Source: Cyanobacterium sp. uoEpiScrs1
Lineage (GTDB): Bacteria; Cyanobacteriota; Cyanobacteriia; Cyanobacteriales; Microcystaceae
Reading direction: 5' to 3'
Length of the DNA stretch: 32,000 nucleotides
Assembly (NCBI RefSeq): GCF_947331815.1
Contig: NZ_OX373462.1
Coordinates: 513,376-545,375, forward strand
Positions within the stretch are counted from its first letter, which is position 1; each line of letters starts with the position of its first letter. The notes beneath the pieces were generated by a model. That model searched no databases. It saw nothing but the letters and a program-made list of their open reading frames with translations, and was not told the origin of the DNA. This document shows, one piece after another, positions 22,788 through 31,334 of this stretch. The translations under genes and the position numbers were made by a program.

Positions 22788-23558
22788 ATGTTAGCTAAAC
22801 GAATTTTGCCTTGTCTCGACGTTAGTGCCGGTCGCGTAGTCAAAGGTGTTAACTTTATTAACCTTCAAGATGCTGGAGATCCTGTAGAATTAGCTAAAAT
22901 GTACAATGATGCAGGAGCTGATGAATTAGTTTTTCTTGATATTACTGCCACTCATGAGGGACGAGATACTATTATTGATGTTGTTTATCGTACAGCTGAA
23001 GCTGTTTTCATCCCTTTAACCGTTGGAGGTGGCATTCAAACCTTAGAAAACATCAAAAATCTGTTGAGGGCTGGAGCTGATAAAATTAGCATCAACTCCG
23101 CCGCTGTTCGTAAACCAGATTTTATCAACCGTGCTAGTGATCGCTTTGGTAAACAATGTATTGTAATTGCTATTGATGCTAGGCGACGTAGATATCCTGG
23201 TAACGAGGGCTGGGAAGTTTATGTGAGAGGAGGACGAGAGAATACGGGGATAGATGCTATAGAGTGGGCACAAGAAATAGAAAGACGGGGCGCAGGAGAA
23301 TTATTGGTAACTAGTATGGATGCGGATGGAACCCAGGCTGGATATGATTTGGAATTAACTAGAACTATCGCTGAACGGGTAGAAATTCCAGTAATAGCCT
23401 CTGGGGGAGCAGGAAATTGCCAACATATCTATGAATCTTTCTCTAAAGGTCGTGCTGAAGCCGCTTTATTAGCTTCTTTGCTTCATTGCGGTCAATTGAC
23501 TATTAGTAATATAAAAGAATACTTACGTGATCGTCAAGTTCCCGTTAGAGATATGTAA
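22788..23558 (+). CDS. hisF: Imidazole glycerol phosphate synthase cyclase subunit HisF
   Basis: 256 aa; [81 protein letters not shown]. Confidence 0.98.
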   Translation: MLAKRILPCLDVSAGRVVKGVNFINLQDAGDPVELAKMYNDAGADELVFLDITATHEGRDTIIDVVYRTAEAVFIPLTVGGGIQTLENIKNLLRAGADKISINSAAVRKPDFINRASDRFGKQCIVIAIDARRRRYPGNEGWEVYVRGGRENTGIDAIEWAQEIERRGAGELLVTSMDADGTQAGYDLELTRTIAERVEIPVIASGGAGNCQHIYESFSKGRAEAALLASLLHCGQLTISNIKEYLRDRQVPVRDM

Positions 23559-23674
23559 ATACTACTCAACTTAAACAAAATTATTTTTTGAACTCAACTG
23601 AGTGTTAAAAACTTAGATTTGGATGATAAGAGTAAATAACTATTTTTTTGTTAAGGAAAATAAAAATATCGTAG

Positions 23675-23930
23675 TAGCTCAAGGAGCTAACCTCAAAAAA
23701 AAAGCTCTGCAAAACCGGATTGACCTCCAAAATTAAAGAGTTTTCCATTTAGTTTTGGAGGCTATGGTTAATGTATGACTTGTATCATAGAAACTGTTGA
23801 AAGGATAAAACAGTTTGCCGCCATAAACAGGTTGTGAACAATGCGTACTTAAGAACAAGCCAGACAACCACAGCTTATATGACCAAACTGTGGTTAGTGC
23901 AGCAGTTAAACTTAAAACCAAACCTTGTTC
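23675..23930. other. Cluster of stem-loops downstream of hisF; candidate structured RNA or repeat-derived element
   Basis: TAGCTC/GAGCTA (23675-23689), CCTCCAAAATTAAA/TTTAGTTTTGGAGG (23724-23761, one G-U), AAACTGTT/AACAGTTT (23791-23816), and GAACAAG/CTTGTTC enclosing AACCACAG/CTGTGGTT (23853-23930). Confidence 0.4.
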
Positions 23931-24102
23931 ATTCCCTTTAAGCGTACTCCTTATGCCGACAAAGATGCACAGAGAGAGGTTATTATGGGGAAATATAGGA
24001 AACAAATGTTAACTGCTAACTAACAGAATACTTTTGAATCGATGAGCTGGTTTATGATTCCTTCAAAATACCAGAACAAGACAATTATAAATGCCTATTA
24101 CT

Positions 24103-24147
24103 ATAGTTCACAAGAGTATCGTTAAAAACGATACTCTTGTGAACTAT
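24103..24147. other. Perfect 21-bp stem / 3-nt loop hairpin
   Basis: ATAGTTCACAAGAGTATCGTT-AAA-AACGATACTCTTGTGAACTAT, between the convergent genes hisF and gatD. Confidence 0.92.
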
Positions 24148-24396
24148 TAATATCTTTCCACTGTTAAACACGATTGCAAGACCATACCAGTCCCCACAAA
24201 GAAATAAAATAACTGAATAAAAGTGGTCAATTTCTATTTAAGGATATAAAATAAGGGAATTCATATAAGTTAATAATTATAATTTCATATTTGCTATTAT
24301 ATCCGTCTTGATTTTTGCGGTGTTTCTACTAATTACCCATACACAAACTATATTGAGTATTTAAAATTTTAGTAGACATTTCACTGTGAAATATTC

Positions 24397-25194
24397 TTAT
24401 TCTACATAACTAACTTCAAGACGTTCCAACATTGCTTTCCTAGCTAGTTCAGTGAGAGAATCGTCAATAGGATCTAAGGTAATTTCAACTTGATATTTCT
24501 TTTGTAAAGCTGTTTGAATTAACCAGTCAGCAATAAAAGGATTTTTAGGTAACAAAGGTCCGTGACAATAAGTAGCGATAACATGACGATAAAAAGCTCC
24601 CTCATAACCATCTTCCCCGTTATTTCCATATCCTTTAATCACTTTCCCTAATGGTTCGACTTTTCCTAAATAGGTTCGTCCTCCATGATTTTCAAAGCCG
24701 ATGATAATCGGAGGTTTTCCTAATTGTTTTCTCAAAGCTTCTGCTAGGGGACTAGGAGTGACTTCAAACACAACATCACCAACACAACGAGGCATATCCG
24801 CTCCGGGGTGTTTACTAACTAAATCCAGCAATCCTAGTCCATCAATGCGCCGTCCTACAGCAGGTTCATAGTAATGACCTAAAAGTTGAGGTGAACCACA
24901 GGTAAATACCCCAGGGATTCCTTCTTCAATTATGTCCTTAAAAACTTCTGCCTTAGCACCTTGTAAGTCCCGCATCACAATCTCTTGTTGGCGATCCTGC
25001 GCTCCACCCCCGACAATGACATCAACTTTTTTGAACGTCGAGACTTCTGTTTGCTGAGTTATGGGGATAATGGTAACACTGAGCCCACGCCATTGACAAC
25101 GACGTTGAAGACATATGACATTACCGCGATCACCATAAGTACTCATTAAACTAGGGTACAGCCAACCGATACGTAATTCTTTAGTTTGAAACAT
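24397..25194 (-). CDS. gatD: Type 1 glutamine amidotransferase, GatD/CobB-CobQ-like (lipid II amidation family)
   Basis: 265 aa; LRIGWLYPSLMSTYGDRGNVICLQRR, GGGAQDRQQE, GVFTCGSPQLLG (the nucleophile Cys region reads as TCGSPQ), GFENHGGRTYLG, ATYCHGPLLPKNP. Confidence 0.85.
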   Translation of the reverse strand: MFQTKELRIGWLYPSLMSTYGDRGNVICLQRRCQWRGLSVTIIPITQQTEVSTFKKVDVIVGGGAQDRQQEIVMRDLQGAKAEVFKDIIEEGIPGVFTCGSPQLLGHYYEPAVGRRIDGLGLLDLVSKHPGADMPRCVGDVVFEVTPSPLAEALRKQLGKPPIIIGFENHGGRTYLGKVEPLGKVIKGYGNNGEDGYEGAFYRHVIATYCHGPLLPKNPFIADWLIQTALQKKYQVEITLDPIDDSLTELARKAMLERLEVSYVE

Positions 25195-26160
25195 AGGTTA
25201 AAGCCAAAAGTTATCAGAGCATTTTATCTTAGTTCTTTCAAGGCTATCCACTTTTGAGTTGATTTATTGTGCTCTTCTTTTGTTTTCAATAATCATAGTT
25301 AACTAACTATGGTAGAACTAATCTTATATCTGTCCCAACCACTTATAAATTTATTCTTATTCTTTAATATTTACCTAACTGTACTGCCATGAGTTTATAA
25401 GAAACTCTTGAGTTTGTTCAACTAGACGTTGAGCAACAGCAGTCAGATGATTAGAAAGCGCTAAGCTTTTATAGAATCAATGTTAGGAATTGTTTATATG
25501 TAGTGTTAATATTGTCTTTTTCAATTTTTATGTGGTTCTCAATAGATTCAAGCAGTCATGTCCTGAGAATAATAACTATTAATTAAGTTCTTACTTTATG
25601 AGCTTGTTATGATTGTTCTTTCAACATTAGCATAATACGTCACATAGTTAATCTTTAGGGAATGGTCTTCCTGAAGAGCAAACACTCTATATATTGGGAA
25701 ACTAATGAAGATAATTAACTATTATCGATAGATATATGCATAGCTATGTTGACCAGTTCTTTATTTATCAACCTTCAAGGGCTCAAAACTATAAATGACT
25801 TGTTGGGTTTCTTCGCATTATTCTCGTACTATCTATCCACTGAACTCACTATTACGATATTTGGCAAAATTATACCTAAGGTATACCAGTATCTTACACA
25901 CACTAGAGCCTACAAATAGTCAATATTAAAGATTTGTTTTTTGATATAGAAGAAATGAACAATCAGATATATAGTGCAGTTCACTATATTGAAAATCATT
26001 AAGATAGTGGGTAAACAATCAATTCATATTGAAAGAATCAGAAAATTTCTTAGTATGAGAAGCTCAAAACTAATAGAGATATTGATATGATTTAGTGTAA
26101 ATTTGACACCAATTTTGAACATTGTTAAACAAAAATTAAAACTTTTCTATTTTGCTTGCG

Positions 26161-26400
26161 TGTAGGAAGTCCTGTTCTGTAAACAGGCGGGACGAATAAA
26201 ACCGAAGGAGAACAACCGAAAAGCCTATGGATAAATGGATGATGACGATTATAGAAGTATATGAACGAAAGTAAGCAAATGACAATATGATTGCAGTTCT
26301 ATCTAGAAAAGCCTAGTGATATAGTAATGCCTTGTTGTAAGCCAGAAAAGTAGGTAATGTTCGTTTTAATGACACGGCACAAAGGGCTCTCCTAGAAAAA
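26161..26400 (+). pseudogene. Probable decayed fragment of a group II intron (5' ribozyme part plus the first codons of an intron-encoded RT)
   Basis: Motif-like segments GGAAGTCCTGTTCTGTAAACAGGCGGGACGAATAAAACCGAAGGAGAACAACCGAAAAGCC, GAACGAAAGTAAGCAAATGAC and TCTAGAAAAGCCTAG, then a frame AAT GAC ACG GCA CAA AGG (NDTAQR). This resembles the N-terminus of cyanobacterial group II intron-encoded proteins. Identification is from memory of family patterns, without alignment. Confidence 0.42.
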
Positions 26401-26402
26401 CT

Positions 26403-26948
26403 TCAAGAAGAAGTAACAAAATCAATAGGAATGTAATCGCCTAAGTTAATACCTAATTGTGTAGCACGCCCCCCGCGTAATTCAATCACCATATCGATAT
26501 CAGTGTTAAGAGTAGGTCCGTAGGTGGAACAGGGGTCTTCTTGACAAGGGGGGACATTGGTGATTATTTGTTTTACTTCTCCATTGAATAGAAAAATCAT
26601 GTCTAAAGGAAAGTTAACATTCTTCATCCAAAATCTTACCGGTCTTGCTGGCTCAAAAATAAAGAGCATTCCTCGATTGTCTGCTAAAGATTCTCTATAC
26701 ATTAAGCCAATACGTTGTTGTTCTGCAGTTTTAGCAACTTCTAATGCAATCACTTGTTCATTGATCGTGATCGTTGCCTTGGCTTCTACAGGGCGTTTTT
26801 TACCCTGGGTTTGAGCGGTTATTTCTAATACCTTCTCAAGGCTACTAGAGCGAAAGTCAGTCCACTCTGAAAAAAAATCTCCAAAGGATAAAATAGCAAT
26901 GATAAAAGTTGAAGTTAAGGCAATCGATAATTTCATTGCAAATCCCAT
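26403..26948 (-). CDS. DUF192 family protein with N-terminal hydrophobic/signal segment
   Basis: 181 aa; KLSIALTSTFIIAILSF then EVAKTAEQQRIGLMYRESLADNRGMLFIFEPARPVRFWMKNVNFPLDMIFLFNG...VIELRGG, typical of DUF192. Confidence 0.92.
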   Translation of the reverse strand: MGFAMKLSIALTSTFIIAILSFGDFFSEWTDFRSSSLEKVLEITAQTQGKKRPVEAKATITINEQVIALEVAKTAEQQRIGLMYRESLADNRGMLFIFEPARPVRFWMKNVNFPLDMIFLFNGEVKQIITNVPPCQEDPCSTYGPTLNTDIDMVIELRGGRATQLGINLGDYIPIDFVTSS

Positions 26949-27035
26949 CTTAAATCAATGTTTATAAACAGTTACAGTTGAATAGGAGAAAAGAAATACA
27001 AAGTAAAGTTTTTTCCTTGTCTCCTTTCTTTCTCA

Positions 27036-27740
27036 TTATCCTTCTCTTAGGACATAGCCAACACCGCGCACAGTGTGGATTAATCGTTTTGGATTTTTAC
27101 TCTCTATTTTTAAGCGCAAATAGCGAATATAAACTTCAATAACATTAGATTCCCCTTGAAAATCATATCCCCAAACATTTTCTAAAATTTTATCCCGTGT
27201 TAGTATTTTCTTAGGATGAGACATGAGGTATTTAAGCAATTCAAATTCCTTCATTGTCAAATCAATAGCTATTTCATCCACAAAAAGTTGGCGGTTATGC
27301 AAGTCTAACATTAAATTGTCAAATTGAAGTTTTTCAGTAACTGTCTTAGTAGTAGCTAAATAAAAATGGACTAACTTGAGTAGGTTTTCAGTATGATAAG
27401 CTGTTAAAATATAATCATCAGCTCCTGCCTCTAAACAAGCTACTCTTTCTTCAACGCTGTCTTGATCAAGTACCATAATAATCAACGCCTGGTTCTGGTT
27501 CTGAGCCTTTCTCAACTGATGGCACAAAGTTAATCCGGCTTTTTTGGAGCGGTGACGATCAATAACTATCATAGCTGGTTGTTGTTTCTCGACTTCGATT
27601 AGGGCTTTATGAGCGTCAGATACAATCACCGGGGTGTAACCAATTTCTATTAAATCAGCTTTCGCACGTTGATTAAAGGATTCATCAAGCTGTACTAACA
27701 AAATACAACGATTCATCGTATTAGAGGTTATTAAACTCAT
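27036..27740 (-). CDS. OmpR-family winged-helix response regulator with a degenerate receiver domain (NblR-like)
   Basis: Receiver CILLVQLDESFNQRAKADLIEIGY...IVIDRHRSKKAGLTLC; DNA-binding domain IDLTMKEFELLKYLMSHPKKILTRDKILENVWGYDFQGESNVIEVYIRYLRLKIE...HTVRGVGYVLRE. Confidence 0.9.
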   Translation of the reverse strand: MSLITSNTMNRCILLVQLDESFNQRAKADLIEIGYTPVIVSDAHKALIEVEKQQPAMIVIDRHRSKKAGLTLCHQLRKAQNQNQALIIMVLDQDSVEERVACLEAGADDYILTAYHTENLLKLVHFYLATTKTVTEKLQFDNLMLDLHNRQLFVDEIAIDLTMKEFELLKYLMSHPKKILTRDKILENVWGYDFQGESNVIEVYIRYLRLKIESKNPKRLIHTVRGVGYVLREG

Positions 27741-27781
27741 AAGTGATATTTTTTATGTAAAAAACTGTCAGTTTAAGTCAT

Positions 27782-28951
27782 TTATTCTATAAAAATTTCC
27801 GTTACTACTCGATCTTGAGTATTGCCGCTGACAATAATTTTGTTATCGTGTATAGTGCCTACAGCTTTTTCTCCAGTTAAATTAAAGTCCGGATTAGTTT
27901 GTTCGTAAATGATATTTCCCAAAGCTTCGATGATCTGAGTACTAACATTCCAGGTAAGATTGTTTGAATATAGTTTAGCGGCATTAGCGGTGCTATTGCC
28001 TTGAACTCCGCCTCGAAGATAAGCAATATTATTAATCAAATCAACCTCAGCCTGATTACCGGCAATAACAACTCCCTGTTGATAGTGAATTAATTTGACC
28101 GGTTTGTACGAGGTGACTTGGCGCGCTTTGTATTTCCAAATAAATTCGTTAGTTGCTACTTGTACTGGAGGTTCAATTGATTTGAACTCAATATTTTCTT
28201 GAACAATGACCTGTTTAGTGTTGAGATGAACTTCAGCACGGTTAGCGACTAGTTTATCAGTGATGGTTTTATCTTGGAAACAAACTATATTAAGTAAGCG
28301 ATCACCCATGACCTTTTGTTCAGGAATATTCCAGAGTAGATGTTCTGTTTTTAGTTGCATCCGAGGCTTTTTCGAAGTAGCAATAATATCTCCTATAAAT
28401 TCAAGTTTTTGCTTAGTAGCATAATATTTACCCTCCTTAGCAGAAGCCATAAGTTGAGGATGAGAACCCCGTAAATTTTTTCGTATTACGAGGATCGATT
28501 CTTGGGGTTTCCACTCCACCTCGTCACTCTGCATTACCGCATTGTTACGAGGATCAACAGCGACAATATTTTCTTTGAGATAAATTTCTTGTCCATCTTG
28601 AAAAATCTCTCCTTGGTCAGCCTTAATGCGAAGAACAATCTTACCATTTTGAAAAATATTGCCTTTGACGACAGTTAATTTAGCCTTTTTACGATCAGGA
28701 CTATATGCAGCTTCATCTACTTGAATTTTCCAAAGCATTTCTCCTTTAGGATTAGATTGTTCTAAGGTCGCGTTTTCAAGGATTAATTGACTTTCTACAT
28801 TGGTAGCTTCCTGCTGTGGTTTATCAGAATTGATCTGGGATTGATTGTTTTCTTGACAGGCAGTGATAGCCGAGAGTAGAAACAGCACTCCAACTATTAG
28901 AACCCATCTGGGTTGGAGATGCTGCGTCTGAAAAAAATTTGAGCTATCCAT
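27782..28951 (-). CDS. lptC: LPS export ABC transporter periplasmic protein LptC-like lipoprotein
   Basis: 389 aa; N-terminal signal with lipobox LSAITAC; repetitive OstA/LptC-like beta jellyroll (WKIQVDEAAYSPDRKKAKLTVVKGNIFQNGKIVLRIKADQGEIF; GNIIYEQTNPDFNLTGEKAVG). Confidence 0.82.
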   Translation of the reverse strand: MDSSNFFQTQHLQPRWVLIVGVLFLLSAITACQENNQSQINSDKPQQEATNVESQLILENATLEQSNPKGEMLWKIQVDEAAYSPDRKKAKLTVVKGNIFQNGKIVLRIKADQGEIFQDGQEIYLKENIVAVDPRNNAVMQSDEVEWKPQESILVIRKNLRGSHPQLMASAKEGKYYATKQKLEFIGDIIATSKKPRMQLKTEHLLWNIPEQKVMGDRLLNIVCFQDKTITDKLVANRAEVHLNTKQVIVQENIEFKSIEPPVQVATNEFIWKYKARQVTSYKPVKLIHYQQGVVIAGNQAEVDLINNIAYLRGGVQGNSTANAAKLYSNNLTWNVSTQIIEALGNIIYEQTNPDFNLTGEKAVGTIHDNKIIVSGNTQDRVVTEIFIE

Positions 28952-28985
28952 TTGGTTGAAGTTATGTGAGTCTAACCTACCTACC

Positions 28986-29668
28986 TTATCCTGGTTTATT
29001 ACTATCTAACATCCCGACCCCTGAAAAACTACCATAAGACATATTGGGTTTGGGAGTTTTTTGAATATCTTCTTTTATTTGGTCAAGATCAATGTAACGA
29101 TCAGCGACATTGATTAAACTATCACTAGTCATCGAACGCAAGCTAACAACTTCGATGCGCGCTCCTCGATAGCTAACTGAGTCAGCCGCATAGGCTAAAT
29201 CTCCATCACCACTGACGATTACAGAGGTATCATAAGCTCCTACTAAAGCCATGAGATCAACAGCAATTTCTACGTCTAAGTTAGCTTTTTTTGAGCCGTC
29301 AGGTAATTGAACCAGATCTTTAGCGATTACTCGATAACCATTACGACGCATCCACAATAAAAAACCCTGTTGTTTATCGTTGGTACGATCAACTCCTGTA
29401 TAAAAAAAAGCCCTTAATAACCTAGAGCCTCCTGTCAGGCGACACAGCAACTTTGTATAGTCAATTTCAATTCCTAATTGAAGAGCAGCATAAAATAAAT
29501 TGGAGCCATCAATAAAAATAGCAACACGTCCTCTATTTTCTAATACCTGTTCTGGAGTAAATATAGAATCATCTTCAAATTCTTCAAACATTTGTCTTAT
29601 TCCTGGTTGATTATTGAGAAGGTATGGTTTATGAAATGGATTTGTTATTTCTGGCTTATATTTCATGG
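28986..29668 (-). CDS. NYN domain (LabA/DUF88-like, PIN-fold) protein
   Basis: GRVAIFIDGSNLFYAALQLGIEIDYTKLLCRLTGG, KGVDxxL-like KANLDVEIAVDLMALVGAYDTSVIVSGDGDLAYAADSVSYRGARIEV. The start was trimmed to MKYKPEITN; the ORF opens at 29717. Confidence 0.87.
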
Positions 29669-29732
29669 GATTTGTAAATTGGTAAAAGGTGTAATAGCAA
29701 CATTGTTTCCCTAACACCCGGTTTGGCCAGAT

Positions 29733-31334
29733 TTAGGTAGATTCTTCCTCGGGAAGGTTAAGCCTAACAAAAATAGGTTGGGATTTAGTTAAGGTTTGAC
29801 TAACTTCAATTTTTCCCCACTGACTATGTTGAGCAAAGGGAACATTTTGACGGACGTGATCGCCGTCATTAAAATCGACGGATAACCCCAATTGCTGGTA
29901 TATTTTATTACTTAAATTGGGAATTATTGGGGATAATAAGTAAGCACTCAAGCGGACTGATTCTAACACAGCAGCTAGAATAGTTTCGACTTCCTTTTGT
30001 TTTCCTTGTTTAAATAAACTCCAGGGAGCTTGTTCATCAATGAATTTATTACTTGCCTGAATTAAACTAAAAATTTCTTCACAGACCTGATTAAACTTGA
30101 TGCTTTCATAGGCTTGAGTTACTTTTATCCCCAAATCTTGACCAGTAGTTTTTAATGGATGATCTAACGGAAGATTAGCTGCTCTAGGAATTATCCCTTT
30201 ACAATATTTTTGGGTCATCCCAAGAGTTCTACTGAGCAAATTTCCTAAATCATTAGCTAAATCAGCATTGAGTACATTAACAAAACGGGTTTCATTGAAA
30301 TCTCCATCTCGTCCACATTCAATTTCTTTAAGAAAATAGTAACGTACAGCATCGGAGCCATAACGGTTCACTAAATCCAAAGGATCGACTGTATTCCCTA
30401 AACTCTTACCCATTTTTTGACCATCTTTAGTCAAAAATCCATGACCGAAAATTTTTTCAGGCAAAGGCAATTTTGCTGACATCAACATGGCTGGCCAATA
30501 TACTGCATGGAAGCGTAAAATATCTTTCCCGATTAAGTGAAGATTAATGGGCCACCATTGAGATAAAGCGTTCTCTAGAGTCGGTTCCTGATCAGAGTCA
30601 AGCAAAGCAGTCACATATCCTAGAAGAGCATCAAACCAAACGTAAATGGTATGATTAGCATCGACTGGAATAGGAAAACCCCAATTGACGTTAACACGAG
30701 AAATTGAGAAGTCTTGCAGCCCTTGACTAACAAATTTTAAGATTTCATTCCGGCGAGTTTCTGGTTGAATAAACTCATAATGTTCTTCATATAAGGTTTC
30801 GAGGTCCTCTTGATATTTGGACAAACGAAAGAAATAGTTTTCTTCATCACGCCATTCGGCTTTTTTGTTGGGATGAAGAGGACAACACCCATCTTCTTGT
30901 AATTCCCTTTTTTCTTTGAACTCTTCGCAAGGAACACAATACCATCCCCTTTGTTGAGCTAGATAAATGTCGTCATTGTCGTAGACACGTTGAAAAAACT
31001 CCTTGACAATTGCTTCATGACGTTGATTAGTTGTGCGGCTAAAACGATCATATTGGATATTCAGCTTTTGCCACAGATCTTCAAAACCTGCAACAACCTT
31101 ATCGCAATGTTGTTGCGGATCAAGTCCTTTGTCTGCTGCAGTGCGTTGAATCTTCTGTCCATGTTCATCGGTTCCCGTGATAAATAGGACAGTAGAACCT
31201 TTCAGTCGTTGAAAGCGTGCTATGACATCAGCCACCATAGTCGTATAGGCACTCCCCATGTGAGGCACGTCGTTAACGTAATACAAAGGAGTAGTTAAAG
31301 AAAATGTTTGTGACTTAGTCTTGTCTGTGATCAT
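29733..31334 (-). CDS. metG: Methionyl-tRNA synthetase
   Basis: 533 aa; TTPLYYVNDVPHMGSAYTTMVADVIARFQRLKG, ITGTDEHGQKIQ, FHAVYWPAMLMSAKLPLPEKIFGHGFLTKDGQKMGKSLGN (KMSKS-type motif). Confidence 0.98.
   Translation of the reverse strand: MITDKTKSQTFSLTTPLYYVNDVPHMGSAYTTMVADVIARFQRLKGSTVLFITGTDEHGQKIQRTAADKGLDPQQHCDKVVAGFEDLWQKLNIQYDRFSRTTNQRHEAIVKEFFQRVYDNDDIYLAQQRGWYCVPCEEFKEKRELQEDGCCPLHPNKKAEWRDEENYFFRLSKYQEDLETLYEEHYEFIQPETRRNEILKFVSQGLQDFSISRVNVNWGFPIPVDANHTIYVWFDALLGYVTALLDSDQEPTLENALSQWWPINLHLIGKDILRFHAVYWPAMLMSAKLPLPEKIFGHGFLTKDGQKMGKSLGNTVDPLDLVNRYGSDAVRYYFLKEIECGRDGDFNETRFVNVLNADLANDLGNLLSRTLGMTQKYCKGIIPRAANLPLDHPLKTTGQDLGIKVTQAYESIKFNQVCEEIFSLIQASNKFIDEQAPWSLFKQGKQKEVETILAAVLESVRLSAYLLSPIIPNLSNKIYQQLGLSVDFNDGDHVRQNVPFAQHSQWGKIEVSQTLTKSQPIFVRLNLPEEEST

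Noticed and set aside
23043-23273. 76-aa minus-strand ORF
   Set aside because: Antisense to hisF.
23733-24005. 90-aa minus-strand ORF downstream of hisF
   Set aside because: Overlaps the stem-loop cluster and shows no protein family motif; the RNA/structural explanation seems better supported, though a protein is not excluded.
28986-29668. NYN/PIN-fold protein as a toxin of a toxin-antitoxin pair
   Set aside because: It resembles the LabA/DUF88 housekeeping type and sits in a compact operon with metG and lptC, with no small antitoxin-like neighbour.
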